Assembly (NCBI GenBank): GCA_965218295.1
Contig: CBDCKN010000009.1
Span: forward strand, 1 to 64,000
Reading direction: 5' to 3'
From: Longimicrobiales bacterium
GTDB lineage: Bacteria; Gemmatimonadota; Gemmatimonadetes; Longimicrobiales; Gaopeijiaceae
DNA length: 64,000 bases
Notes under the pieces: model-generated
Told to the model about the DNA's origin: nothing
Seen by the model: only the letters and a program-made list of their open reading frames with translations
Databases searched by the model: none
Shown: positions 41,149 to 52,208 of the stretch, piece after piece
Layout of the letters: every line of letters starts with the position of its first letter
Position numbering within the stretch: the first letter of the stretch is position 1
Made by a program: the position numbers and the translations under genes

Positions 41149-44100
41149 ACGTCACCCGGGCTGCCATCGAGCAGAACCGCGTCACGACCGCGCTGCTAAT
41201 CCTGCTGTTGGTCAGCGGCGTCATCACCTACATGAACATGCCGCGTGCGGAGGATCCGGGTTTCGTCGTCCGCACGGCGGTCGTCATGACGTTCTTTCCC
41301 GGCGCCAGCCCGGAACGCGTCGAGCTGCTGGTCACGGATAAGATAGAAAAGGTGGTTCAGGAGATTCCCGAGCTGGACTACGTCACGTCCCAATCGACGA
41401 CCGGCACGTCGATCGTGTGGGCGGAGATCCAACCTCGCTACAAAGAGATGCGTCCGATCTGGGACGACCTCAGGCGCAAAGTGGAAAAGGTGGCTCCCGA
41501 TCTGCCGGAGGGGATCATCGGCCCGATCGTGAACGATGAGTTTGGTGACGTCTTCGGCACCATCATCGCACTCACGGGCGATGGCGATGACTACTCCTAC
41601 ACCGAGCTCAAGGACGTCGCCGACGATGTACGCGACGAGCTCCTCCGTATCGACGAAGTGGCCAAGGTCGAGATCTACGGTGCGCAGGAGGAGCGCGTGT
41701 TCGTCGAATACAACAACGCGCGATTGGCGGAGGTGGGCATCTCGCCGTTTCAGCTACAGGCGATTCTCGAATCCCGCAACATCATCATCCCGGGTGGCGC
41801 CATCACGACCAGCGCAGAGCGGATTGCGCTGGAGCCGTCCGGTAATTTCGAAAGCGTGGACGACCTCCGGAGGAGTGTCATTCACCTGCCGGGAAGCAAC
41901 GACGTCATCGCCCTGCAGGACATCGCCACGGTGCGCCGCGGATATGTGGATCCACCGCAAACCATGACGAGGGCGTCCGGCATCCCGGCGCTGGCGCTGG
42001 CGATCTCGCTGCGGGAAGGCGGCAACATCATCTCGCTGGGTGAACAGTTCGTGCCGGTGTACGAGCGTGTGAAAGCGTCGTACCCCATCGGGATCGAGTT
42101 CGACCTCGTCGCCTACCAACCGGACGTCGTCGACAAGAAGATCAACGATTTTGTACGGAACCTGCTCCAGGCCATCGGCGTGATCATTCTGGTCATCCTG
42201 ATCACGTTGGGTATTCGTACCGGTCTCGTCGTCTCGACGCTGATCCCAATGGCGATCCTGACCTCGCTCCTGATTATGCCGCTGTTCAACGTCGGGCTTC
42301 ACCAAATGTCGCTAGCGGCGTTGATCATCGCCCTGGGCATCATGGTGGATAACGCCATCGTAATGTCCGAGTCGATCATGGTGCGCCTGGCCGAGGGTCG
42401 GGATCGTCTCGAGGCGGTCGTGGAGTCTGCCACGGAGCTCCGGATCCCGCTGCTTACCGCGTCGCTCACGACGGCTGCCGCGTTTCTGCCGATGTATCTC
42501 GCCGAATCGACGGCCGGGGAGTACATGGGCTCGATCTTCATCGTCATCACGATCACGCTGCTCAGTTCATGGGTGCTCTCTCTGACGATGATTCCGATGT
42601 TCAGCTTCCTGTTCCTCAAGGTGAAGAAGGCGGAATCCGCAGACCGATACGAATCGGGTCTACCGGCGATACCGACGGTTGCTCGTGGCGGTGCTCAGGC
42701 ACCGCGCGCGGAGTCTTGCCGGAACGGTGGGTTTGTTCGCCCTGGCGATGTTCATGTTTGGCTTCGTGCCGAATATCTTTTTCCCCCCGTCCGACCGTCT
42801 GATGGTTCAGGGAGAGATCAAGCTTCCCGTGGGAACGCCCATCGAGCACACCCAAGAGGTGGCGATGGAGGTGGAGCGCTTCATCCAGGATTCCCTCACC
42901 GTGACGGCGGACCGCCCGGCCGGCGTTACCAACTGGGCCACGTTCGTGGGCGAAGGCGCGCCCAGGTACACATGCTCCCGTACAATCGCGAGCTAGCCAG
43001 TCCCGAGTACGCGTTCATGATGATCAACCTGAATGCGCTTTCGGCCATCCCGACGACGATCTCGCGTCTGGAGCAGTTTGCGCTGCGGACGCTGCCGGAT
43101 GCGATAACGAAGTTCGCCGCCCCACCCCTTGGCCCGCCCGTGAACTCGCCCATCGAGGTTCGGATCTCGGGCCGAGATACGGATGTGCTCTTCGAGCTCG
43201 TGGATCAGGTCAAAGCGCAACTGGCTCGCGTCAACGGCGCCCGAAACATCACGGACGACTGGGGACAGCGCACGAAGAAGCTCCTGGTAAAGGTCAACGA
43301 ACCGCGTGCGCGGCGCGCGGGTGTCTCGAGTCGTGACGTCGCCGTGTCCCTACAGACGGCGTTTTCCGGATTCCCCACCACCCAGTACCGGGAGGATGAC
43401 AAGATCATACCGGTCACCATGCGCTCGGTGGAAGCAGATCGTAACGATCTGGGGAAGATCGAGAGTCTGAACATCTACGCCCAAGCGACCGGCCGGACCG
43501 TGCCCCTAAAGCAGGTGGCGGACGTCGAGGTGGTGTGGCAACCGTCCAAGGTCAAGCGGCGGGATCGTTTCAGGACGGTGGCGGTGCTGGCGGACGTAGA
43601 GCGAGGCGTAACCGCCGCTGAGGTGAACGCGCAGCTCGTTCCGTGGCTCCAGGACGAGAGTGCGGAGTGGGCTCTGGGGTACCGCTACGAGATTGGCGGT
43701 GAAGCGGAAGAAGCCCGCACCTCGCAGGCGTCGATCAATGTTAAGATGCCCATCATGATGCTCATCATCGTGCTCCTGCTTGTCGCCCAGTTCAACTCAT
43801 TCCGACGACCGTTGATCATCCTCCTCACGATTCCGCTCGGACTGATCGGCGTGGTATTCGGATTGCTCGTGACCCGCTCGTACTTCGGCTTCATGACCCT
43901 GCTTGGGGTCTTTGCGCTTGCAGGCATCGTGATCAACAACGCCATAGTGCTCATCGATCGGATTCGGATCGAGATCGACGAACACGGCCTCGATCCCGCA
44001 CGCGCCGTAATCGAAGCGGCGCAACGCCGGCTGCGACCGATTCTGCTGACGACGGCGACGACCGTGGCGGGATTGCTTCCCCTCTGGTACGGAGGTGGAC

Positions 44101-44255
44101 CCATGTGGAAGCCCATGGCCATCGCGATCATCTTCGGACTCCTGTTCGCCACCGTGCTGACGTTGGGCTTCGTGCCGCTGCTCTATTCTCTCTTCTTCCG
44201 CGTGAGCTTCAAGGGATTCGTGTACGATGCGGTGGGGGCGTCGGATGCACGTTGA
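41145..44255 (+). CDS. RND permease (AcrB family) with an internal compensated double frameshift
   Basis: PGASPERVE, GIMVDNAIV, INNAIVL and RLRPILLT. The natural sequence lies in another frame between about 42658 and 42970. Confidence 0.9.
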   Translation: MNVTRAAIEQNRVTTALLILLLVSGVITYMNMPRAEDPGFVVRTAVVMTFFPGASPERVELLVTDKIEKVVQEIPELDYVTSQSTTGTSIVWAEIQPRYKEMRPIWDDLRRKVEKVAPDLPEGIIGPIVNDEFGDVFGTIIALTGDGDDYSYTELKDVADDVRDELLRIDEVAKVEIYGAQEERVFVEYNNARLAEVGISPFQLQAILESRNIIIPGGAITTSAERIALEPSGNFESVDDLRRSVIHLPGSNDVIALQDIATVRRGYVDPPQTMTRASGIPALALAISLREGGNIISLGEQFVPVYERVKASYPIGIEFDLVAYQPDVVDKKINDFVRNLLQAIGVIILVILITLGIRTGLVVSTLIPMAILTSLLIMPLFNVGLHQMSLAALIIALGIMVDNAIVMSESIMVRLAEGRDRLEAVVESATELRIPLLTASLTTAAAFLPMYLAESTAGEYMGSIFIVITITLLSSWVLSLTMIPMFSFLFLKVKKAESADRYESGLPAIPTVARGGAQAPRAESCRNGGFVRPGDVHVWLRAEYLFPPVRPSDGSGRDQASRGNAHRAHPRGGDGGGALHPGFPHRDGGPPGRRYQLGHVRGRRRAQVHMLPYNRELASPEYAFMMINLNALSAIPTTISRLEQFALRTLPDAITKFAAPPLGPPVNSPIEVRISGRDTDVLFELVDQVKAQLARVNGARNITDDWGQRTKKLLVKVNEPRARRAGVSSRDVAVSLQTAFSGFPTTQYREDDKIIPVTMRSVEADRNDLGKIESLNIYAQATGRTVPLKQVADVEVVWQPSKVKRRDRFRTVAVLADVERGVTAAEVNAQLVPWLQDESAEWALGYRYEIGGEAEEARTSQASINVKMPIMMLIIVLLLVAQFNSFRRPLIILLTIPLGLIGVVFGLLVTRSYFGFMTLLGVFALAGIVINNAIVLIDRIRIEIDEHGLDPARAVIEAAQRRLRPILLTTATTVAGLLPLWYGGGPMWKPMAIAIIFGLLFATVLTLGFVPLLYSLFFRVSFKGFVYDAVGASDAR

Positions 44256-44348
44256 CGTGAGACGGTCGCGGGGGAGGTCTAGGTCCCTTGGCGACGATCG
44301 CGAGTTACAGTGCAACGGAGTTTCGTGAGCTAGGAAGGAGTCAATCGC

Positions 44349-45272
44349 ATGGTCGACGACAAGGAAATCTCTGCGACGTTCCCGTTCGAGTCCAGGTTCA
44401 TCGAGGTGGAGGGATCGAAGATCCACTACGTCGAGGAGGGGACTGGCGACCCGATCCTCTTCCTCCACGGCAACCCGACATCGTCCTACCTCTGGCGAAA
44501 TATCATCCCGTACGCGGCCGAGATGGGCCGGGCGATCGCTCCGGACTTGATCGGCATGGGGAAGTCCGACAAGCCGGACATCGAGTACCGCTTCTTTGAC
44601 CACGTGCGGTACATAGCAGGGTTCATAGACGCCCTCGGCCTCCAGAACATCACCCTCGTAATACATGATTGGGGCTCCGCGATCGGCCTCCACTACGCCA
44701 TGCGAAACGAGTCCAACATTAAAGGGATTGCAATGATGGAGGCGATCCTGATATCCGTCCCAAGCTGGGACGCGTTTTCACCGGATTTCCAGAAGATGTT
44801 CAAAGGCTTCCGAACGCCCGAGGTCGGCTGGGACATGGTCGTCAATCAGAACATGTTCGTCGAGGGTGTCCTTCCCAACGCGATCGTCCGGGATCTGACT
44901 GAAGAGGAGATGAACGTCTACCGGGCGCCGTTCACGGACCCCGAGAGCAGGAAGCCTTTGTGGCGCTGGCCGAACGAACTGCCCATCGAGGGTGAGCCGG
45001 CCGATGTCGTCGAAGCGGTTGACGCCTACGGCGCTAAGCTTCAGCAATCAGACCTGCCGAAACTCCTCTTCCATGCCACCCCTGGGGCGCTCTTGCCGCC
45101 ACCGATGGTGGACTGGAGCAAAGAGCACTTCTCCAACTTGAAGACGGTCGACATCGGCCAGGGCATCCACTTCTTGCAGGAAGATAACCCGCACCTGATC
45201 GGCCGGGAGCTAGCCGGCTGGTATCAGGGGCTCACCACGCCTTCCACGAAGATGCGAAGCCAGGGGATCTGA
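44349..45272 (+). CDS. Haloalkane dehalogenase (HLD-II, DhaA/LinB-like)
   Basis: HGNPTSSYLWRN, IHDWGS nucleophile, MEA acid and GIHFLQED base. Confidence 0.92.
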   Translation: MVDDKEISATFPFESRFIEVEGSKIHYVEEGTGDPILFLHGNPTSSYLWRNIIPYAAEMGRAIAPDLIGMGKSDKPDIEYRFFDHVRYIAGFIDALGLQNITLVIHDWGSAIGLHYAMRNESNIKGIAMMEAILISVPSWDAFSPDFQKMFKGFRTPEVGWDMVVNQNMFVEGVLPNAIVRDLTEEEMNVYRAPFTDPESRKPLWRWPNELPIEGEPADVVEAVDAYGAKLQQSDLPKLLFHATPGALLPPPMVDWSKEHFSNLKTVDIGQGIHFLQEDNPHLIGRELAGWYQGLTTPSTKMRSQGI

Positions 45273-45405
45273 CGGTCACTTCCCCACCCGCTCATCCGCC
45301 CTGCGGCTGTTGACTTCCTGACCTTCGGCTGCGGAGCATGAGGGTCATGCTCTGCGTGGCTCTCTCTGGTCCTCCGTGCTCTCACGGGTATGACTCGATC
45401 CCGAC

Positions 45406-46107
45406 CTACTTGGCCGTTGAGATACGACTGTCGGAGCAAGCGTCTTCCTGACTCCGCACCGTGGTTGCCACCTTTGCGCCAAGTGCCTTAGCGACCTGCA
45501 CCTGCATGCTTCCGGCGCCACCCGCACCGGCGTGGACGAGCACCGTGTCGCCCGACTTCACGCCGCCTACGGTCTTTACCGACCGTACCGCGGTCGCCAA
45601 AACCACGGGCAGTGTGGCCACGAGCTCCGGCGCTAGTCCGGTCTCGTCCTTTACCGTGAACTCGGCCGGAAACTCGACGTACTGGGCGTACGTGCCCGGC
45701 CGCCCGAGCCCGGGGACCGTGAAGCTGACGGCGGTCCCGGCCGGCTGGATGCCCCACTCGGCCTCATCGAGTGGGTAGCCAGGCACCGGAATGACCGCGT
45801 CGCCGATCTCGAAACCGTTGACGCCGGCGCCAATAGCTGCCACTTCACCCGCGGCATCGGAGCCCAGGATGTGTGGCCACGGAAGCTCCGGGGCGATCTC
45901 TCCTTGTCGGATGTAGTGATCGAACCGATTCAGGCCGGCGGCGTTCACCTTGATGAGCAGATGATCAGGCTGCGGCTCCGTGAGGGGCACTTCCGTGAGC
46001 TCGAGCGCGTCGGGCCCACCGAACCCCCGGATGACGGCTGCCGTCATCACACCGGCCGTCGACTGCTCCGTTCCCTGCACCGTGTCGCTCTTCGTTATCG
46101 TTGCCAT
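45406..46107 (-). pseudogene. MDR / quinone-oxidoreductase family protein, 3'-truncated
   Basis: FGGPDAL, LGSDAAG, YAQY and VLVHAGAGGAG. Similarity ends near 45445, well short of the family length. Confidence 0.8.
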
Positions 46108-46173
46108 CGTTCTGTCTCCTTTTCGTGTGGCGAGAGGTCCTTGTGCCTCTCCGTCGCTCAATCGCAAGGGAAG

Positions 46174-46189
46174 GCACGGGTCGTGCCAA
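46174..46189 (-). promoter_or_regulatory. Sigma54 (-24/-12) promoter for the oxidoreductase gene
   Basis: TTGGCACGACCCGTGC has GG-N10-GC spacing and one mismatch to TGGCACG-N4-TTGC. Confidence 0.75.
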
Positions 46190-46243
46190 GCGCGGCAGCG
46201 CCGTAAATCGTTGGCAGAAAAAACGTTGCGGATTTCAGACTGA

Positions 46244-46299
46244 TCATGAAAGTTCGTGGTATCACGAACTATCGTTGATATTGTCACGAGTTATCGTGA
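46244..46299. promoter_or_regulatory. Three palindromic enhancer boxes TCACGA-N4-TCGTGA
   Basis: 46244-46259 TCATGAaagtTCGTGG, 46262-46277 TCACGAactaTCGTTG, 46284-46299 TCACGAgttaTCGTGA. Confidence 0.7.
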
Positions 46300-46364
46300 T
46301 TCTTGTGGGGAGCGGCGATGGGATGCTTCAGAGGCGATGTTCACGCGGTCTCGGAGGAGGTTGA

Positions 46365-47834
46365 ATGCCCGAAGAAGGTCTGACCCCGGATCTGATCAAC
46401 GAGCTCGAGCAGTACCGGCGGATACTCAACAACATCCCGGCGGAGATCGGCGTTCTCGACACCGACGGGCGGTACCTCTTCAACACGCCGTCCGGAATTC
46501 GCGACCCCGGCGTTCGAGAGTGGATGCTCGGCAAGACGAACCACGAGTGGGTGCGAGAGCGGGGTCATCCGATCGAGATCGCGGATAGGCGACAGTCGGC
46601 CGTCGATCACTGCGTGGCGGAGAAGGAGTCGGTGACGTTCGAGGAGATCTGGACCGACCGACACGGTCGCCGGCTCCACTACGTCCGCACGTTCAGTCCC
46701 GTCGAAGACGAAGCGGGGACGGTCACGCACGTGCTCGGATACGGCCAGGAGATCACGCAGCTCAAGAAAGCAGAGGAGGAGCTAAGGACCGCACTGGCCG
46801 AGGTCGAGGCGCTCAGAGACCGACTCCACCATGAGAATCAGTATCTCCGCGAGGAGCTCCAGGCCGAGTACAACTTCGAGGAGATGGTGGGCGAGTCCCC
46901 TGCGATGGCAAACGTGCGTGCCGCGATCGAGACCGTGGCGCCGACGGACGCCAATGTCGTGATCAGCGGGGAAACGGGGACCGGTAAAGAAGTCGTTACT
47001 CGGGCGATCCACGCACTCAGCAGCCGACGTGACAAGCCGCTCATCAAGGTGAACTGCGCGTCCATCCCGCGCGAATTGTTCGAGAGTGAGTTCTTCGGTC
47101 ATGTGAGGGGTGCGTTCACCGGAGCGATCAAGGATCGTGTCGGCCGGTTCCAGCTCGCCGATGAGGGAACCTTGTTCCTCGACGAGATTGGCGAGATCCC
47201 CCTCGAGATACAGGGCAAGCTGCTCCGCGTTCTACAAGAAGGTGACTTCGAGCGGGTCGGCGAGGCCAAGACACGCAGAGCCGACGTCCGGATCATCGCC
47301 GCCACCAATCGAAATCTCAAAGAGGAGGTCGAGGGTGGCCGTTTCCGCCAGGACCTCTACTATCGGCTCAATGTCTTTCCCATCGATGTGCCGCCTCTCC
47401 GTCATCGCGGAGACGACACGCAGCTCCTCGCGACTCATTACCTCGAACGAGCCGTGCGGAAGCTCAGCCGAGGACCGCGGTCGCTCACGATCGCCGAAGC
47501 GTCGCAGCTTCTGTCCTACGATTGGCCGGGCAACGTGCGGGAGTTACAGAACGTGATCGAGCGGGCTGTGATCACGAATCGTGGCGGACCGCTGAGCTTC
47601 GATCTTCCTTCGTCGGAGGGAGGTGGGCCCTCCGCGCCCGGGAGCGCAGTGGATGCCGAGGTCGGCGTGGTGTCCGACGCCAAGATGCGACGACGGGAGC
47701 ACGACAACGTGCTGCGCGCCCTCGAGAGAACGAACTGGCGGGTCTACGGATCCGAGGGTGCCGCGGCGTTGCTTGGGCTCAAGGCCACCACACTGGCGTC
47801 GCGGATCAAGAAGCTGGGACTCGACCGCCGATGA
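46365..47834 (+). CDS. PAS-domain sigma54-dependent activator (FhlA-like bEBP)
   Basis: PAS region, [28 protein letters not shown] and a C-terminal HTH. Confidence 0.95.
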   Translation: MPEEGLTPDLINELEQYRRILNNIPAEIGVLDTDGRYLFNTPSGIRDPGVREWMLGKTNHEWVRERGHPIEIADRRQSAVDHCVAEKESVTFEEIWTDRHGRRLHYVRTFSPVEDEAGTVTHVLGYGQEITQLKKAEEELRTALAEVEALRDRLHHENQYLREELQAEYNFEEMVGESPAMANVRAAIETVAPTDANVVISGETGTGKEVVTRAIHALSSRRDKPLIKVNCASIPRELFESEFFGHVRGAFTGAIKDRVGRFQLADEGTLFLDEIGEIPLEIQGKLLRVLQEGDFERVGEAKTRRADVRIIAATNRNLKEEVEGGRFRQDLYYRLNVFPIDVPPLRHRGDDTQLLATHYLERAVRKLSRGPRSLTIAEASQLLSYDWPGNVRELQNVIERAVITNRGGPLSFDLPSSEGGGPSAPGSAVDAEVGVVSDAKMRRREHDNVLRALERTNWRVYGSEGAAALLGLKATTLASRIKKLGLDRR

Positions 47835-47878
47835 CGGCGCGCCACCGGGTTAGTGCTCGAAGAGAGCCGGCGCTGGGA

Positions 47879-49168
47879 TCAGCCCGCCAGCGACCTGGCC
47901 CGCTCGTTCAGCGCCTTCCGGACGTGGGTCACTGTCGCCGGCGGGACCGCGGACTCCTGGGCGAAGCGCTCCCAATCGGCCACGGCGGAGCGTGTCTGAT
48001 CTAGGATGCGCTCCGGCTTCTTCACGTCGAAATCCCGGGCGACCGCGAGCAGGTCGGACTCGAGGATGCCCGCGGTCTTGTCACGCACGCGCATCTGGTG
48101 CTCCGACGTCCAGTCCACGCCCCGAGCGAAGGTGACGTCGTACGCCGGAGCCAGCGCCCACTCCCCGTCGGGTCGCATATGGAAGGACAGGTTCTTCACG
48201 TGATCGTCCTGGTTGACGGCGATCACGTTGAAGACCATCCGGCGGTACGCCTGCTCGAGTGGGCCGTAGGTCATCCCGAGCCTGAAGACGGTGCGTAAGT
48301 ACTCCTCGTACGAGCTCGCCCCCCGGTCGTTGTAGTCGACGTGGATCAGCCCCCCGAAGGTGTGCTGGTGGACGCGTGCTCCGTTCTCGATGTCGAAGCG
48401 GCGGATTAGGAGGTGCGCATACCCCTCGTGCTCCAGCACGGTGACGTGCGTGGTCTCGAGACCGGCTGCCCGGGCCATCTCCGAGTACGCGGCCTCGACG
48501 CGGTTGAAGGGCAGGGGCGCTCCCAGCCGGTCCGGCGTCACGCCGTCACCCACGCCATCGAACTTGAGAATGCAGGGGATGTCGCCCGGCCCGGCCGGAG
48601 CGTTCGAGGACCGGATGGAACAGTCCCTGGGGTCGTAGAGGACGACGGCCTTGGGTCGCATGCCTCCGGCCGAAGAGCCGATGCGGTAGATCTCGGGGAT
48701 GGCCACCTCGGGCTCGCCCTGGACGATGCGCCGCGCGTCGCGGACGAGGGCGGCGACCTCGAGTGACTCCAGCTCCGCCTCTCGGGTCGGGATGTCCTCG
48801 GCGGGGTGGAAGGTGAGCGCGCCCAGGGCCCGCTCCCCAACGTACAGCAGTCGTTGAACGGGACTGAGCGCCCGGTCCGACTCGCCCCGCGCCTCGAAGT
48901 ATGCCCGGATAACCTTGTTGCCGAATGCGTCCGGGAGCGAATCGGCGAGGACACCGGGGAGGCCCCGGAAGGCGGGGCGCCTGAGGAGCTCGTCGAAGCT
49001 GAGGGGACCCTCCCGAGACGTGGGGAGGTGGATGGGAGAGATGTCCAGCCCGCTACGCCGGAACGCGTCGGCGTACTCGAAGAGGATGCGGCCGTTGTCG
49101 AGCTCCACCACCGCACCCACGGTCTCGTCCCAGAGGCGCACCTCGGCGTCGGCGAGGACGGAGGCCAC
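47879..49168 (-). CDS. HipA-family kinase toxin
   Basis: HipA N-terminal coupled domain, SSAGGMRPK, RRFD, NQDDHVKN and LAPAYDV. Confidence 0.93.
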   Translation of the reverse strand: MASVLADAEVRLWDETVGAVVELDNGRILFEYADAFRRSGLDISPIHLPTSREGPLSFDELLRRPAFRGLPGVLADSLPDAFGNKVIRAYFEARGESDRALSPVQRLLYVGERALGALTFHPAEDIPTREAELESLEVAALVRDARRIVQGEPEVAIPEIYRIGSSAGGMRPKAVVLYDPRDCSIRSSNAPAGPGDIPCILKFDGVGDGVTPDRLGAPLPFNRVEAAYSEMARAAGLETTHVTVLEHEGYAHLLIRRFDIENGARVHQHTFGGLIHVDYNDRGASSYEEYLRTVFRLGMTYGPLEQAYRRMVFNVIAVNQDDHVKNLSFHMRPDGEWALAPAYDVTFARGVDWTSEHQMRVRDKTAGILESDLLAVARDFDVKKPERILDQTRSAVADWERFAQESAVPPATVTHVRKALNERARSLAG

Positions 49169-49169
49169 G

Positions 49170-49415
49170 CTACTTCGCTCGCCGTTCTTCGAGGACGGCT
49201 ATGGGGGAGATCTCGGGCTTGGGGATGAAGCTCTCCAGGGCCGCGAGGCGGCCGTAGACACGGAGGAGCCGGACGACCGTCAGGAGCGTCGGGTTCTGCC
49301 CTCGCTCCGCCCGGTACAGGGTGTGTCGAGACAGCGCGGCCTGCTCGGCCGCTTCCACCATCGTCAGGCGCCGGGATTCGCGCAGCGCCTCGAGGCGACG
49401 CCCGATCTCCTGCAT
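49170..49415 (-). CDS. XRE-family HTH antitoxin (HipB-like)
   Basis: HTH pattern IGRRLEALRE...AALSRHTLYRAERG, directly upstream of hipA. The true start may lie further upstream. Confidence 0.88.
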   Translation of the reverse strand: MQEIGRRLEALRESRRLTMVEAAEQAALSRHTLYRAERGQNPTLLTVVRLLRVYGRLAALESFIPKPEISPIAVLEERRAK

Positions 49416-49480
49416 CAGCTCTCGATCGGTGGCGGAAGTGTAACTTAAATGGCTTATTCCGGCCCCCTCAGGGCGATTCG

Positions 49481-49590
49481 TACCGTAAAAGTCCCATCAC
49501 AAGGATATGGGATCTCAGGGCCGAAGCGCAAGGGTGTGTACCTTTAAAGTCTCGAATATACCAAAGGATAGGTGTTTGGGACTTTTGGTA
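49481..49590. promoter_or_regulatory. AT-rich inverted/direct repeats, probable autorepression operators
   Basis: TACCgtAAAAGTCCCA (49481), TACCttTAAAGTCTCG (49539) and inverted TGGGACTTTTGGTA (49577-49590). Confidence 0.55.
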
Positions 49591-49875
49591 TGCAGTGCGA
49601 ACGCGCTGGCCCGGGGGCCCTCGCCGAGGGGCAGTACCGCGTCGGCCCCCTCACCAGGGCAGCTGCCGATCGCACGAGGCACTGTGCCCCTGTCCCGGCC
49701 CGAGAGGGCGGGCACGTGCAAGGTGTTGTTCATAATCACCTTGCGCCCCACTTTCACGATGATGCGCTCGCTGGCACCATTTGTGCCCTTCCGCCAGCCA
49801 GAGCACGGAGGCGGCTGGGGGACAGGCATGGACGCCAACGAAGCCTAGTCATCCACCTCTCGGAGGAACGGACCG

Positions 49876-52208
49876 ATGTCCAGCCAAGAGCACCTCGTGT
49901 CTGCCACCCAGCCCCGACCTGGCGGTGTCAAGGTACTCCGAACCCGGGTAGCACCGGCTCTCTTGGCGTGGGGGATTCTGCCCCGGGCCTGGGAGCTCAG
50001 GTAGATCCGCCGCCACTGCCTACCCAAGAAGCGGTCACGGTGGTTCCCGGAGCCCACTACCAAGCGGGGGGCCTGTTCACATCGATGATGGGGCAAGGGT
50101 ATCGCCGGCTGTGGACCACCCCCATCAGGGTGCCCGTCGCCGACCTCGGGAGCCTGGGCGGCGGTGGGCTGACGCCCTTCCGCCTCGGGGGGGGAAGGAC
50201 CACTCAAACCCTCCACCTTCGTGGCGCGGATGGCCGGCGCTACGTGCTGCGCTCCGTGGACAAGTCGCCGCAGGCACTGGCCGAGGAATTCCAGGACACA
50301 CCCGTCGAGGGCATCATCCAAGACCAGATGAGCTCGTTCCACCCCTCGGGAGCCATCGTTGTGGCCAGACTGCTCGAGGCGGTGGGCGTGCTCCACCCTG
50401 AGCCGCGGTTGGTCGTCCTTCCGGATGACCCTCGACTCGCCGAGTTCAGGAGTCAGTTCGCCGGCATGCTCGCGCTCTTCGAAGAGCGACCCGATGACCT
50501 CCCCGAGGGGCAAGCCGGCTTTGCGGGCTCTCGCCGGATCGTCCAGACGGACGACCTCTTAGACGAGCTCGAGGAGGACCCCCGGAACCGCGTGGAGCTC
50601 CGAGAGCTGCTCAAGTCCCGGTTAGTGGACCTTCTCGTGGGGGATCGCGATCGCAGCGTAAACAACCATCTCTGGGCCCGCTTCCCCGACACGGACGGCG
50701 GCTACGTTTGGCGCCCGATCCCTCGTGACCGGGATCAGGCCTTCGTCCAGTTTGACGGATTCCTGAAGGGCCTCGCCCGCTTCTACGAACCTCGGTTGGT
50801 CCGCTTCGGTAGCGACTACCCCGACATCAAGGCTCTCACCAGGAACGCCTGGGACATCGATCGTAACTTGTTGGTCGGACTCGATCGTGCCACCTGGAAT
50901 GCCACCGTCCAGGAGGTCACGGCCGCGATCACAGACGGTGTGCTCGCCGAGGCAGTCTCGCGTATGCCGCCCGAGCACTACGCCCTGGTCGGGCCGGCCT
51001 TGGAAGCGAAGCTCCGGGCGCGTCGCGACGAGCTTCCGATGGCCGCCCGCCACTTCTACGACATCATCTTCCGGTATGCCGACATCCACGGCACAGACAC
51101 CGACGAAGTGGCGATGATCGAGCGCGTCGACGGGGGCGACGTCCGCATCGCGATTCACCCGCGGGGGCCGTCGTCGGAGCCGGAGGGGTCGCCCCACTTC
51201 GAGCGGACCTTCTCGCCCGACGAGACTCACGAGGTGCGCCTCTACATGCACGGGGGAGGCGACCTCATACGGGTCGAGAGCAGCACGGACTTGCCGATCA
51301 CGATACGTGCGGTGGGGGGTGGGGGCCGGGACGAGCTCATCAACTCGACCGGCTCGAGGGGTGTGGTTCTCTACGACGCAGGCGACGGCACGGTGACACG
51401 CGGTGGCGGCACGAAGCTGGTGCGCCGGCCCGCGCCGCGGCCGTACGCGTGGTTCGAAGGCTCTCGCCAGTTGGACTGGGGCACCGAGTCCGAGCCGGCC
51501 GTGGGGATGAGCTTCGACGAGGACCGCGGTCTCGTGGTGGGGATCGGGATCCAGCAGGACCGCCACGGCTTCCTCAGGTACCCGTACAGCTCTCGTCTCC
51601 AGCTGAGAGCCGCCTGGGCGTTTGGCCGATCCCAGCCGATCCTGGACTATCGGCACCACTTCCGGGGCCTCTTCACCAATGGAGGCCTGAAGCTGCGAGC
51701 CCGCTTTTCTGGGATCGACGTGGTCGATTTCTACGGGTTTGGCAACGAGACGACGCAAACGGCGCCGTCGAGCTTTTTCGAGGTCGATCAAAAGCAGCTC
51801 CTCGTGAGAGCGGCGCTGAGCTTTGGGGACGGTGAGCGGCGGGAGCTCAGCATCGGCCCCGTTCTCAAGCGCACGTCCTCGGACACGACCGGGACGGCGA
51901 CCTTCGTCGCGGACACCCGGCCGTACGGGGCAGGCACGTTCGCGCAGCTAGGGCTTCAGGCCTCGCTGCTGGTGGACGGGCGAGACCATCGGACTGCGCC
52001 GACGAGGGGCTATCACCTCTCGGGCGGGGCCAGTTATTACCCCGCGGCCATCGACCTGGAGAGCTCCTTTGCCGAGGTCCATGGAGAGGTGGCCGCCTTC
52101 CTGTCCCGGCAGCCGGCGGCAAGATCGTGGTCCTCACCTGACCCCACGACGACTTGGCGATCCGTTCTCCTTGCCGCCCGTGGCTCGGGGCGGCATGGTG
52201 GGTCATGA
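49876..52208 (+). pseudogene. BamA/TamA-like barrel protein with kinase-like N-terminal domain, 5' frameshift and 3' truncation
   Basis: GGAGG SD with ATG at 49876, frame shift near 49980, GGGRTT, YVLRSVDK, GDRDR and PIPRDRDQAF. Beta-strand region degenerates after about 52105. Confidence 0.75.

Noticed and set aside
49515..49850. Short ORFs between hipB and the Omp85-like gene, including the 49572 start
   Set aside because: No recognisable motifs. The likely true start of the downstream gene is the ATG at 49876 with an SD.
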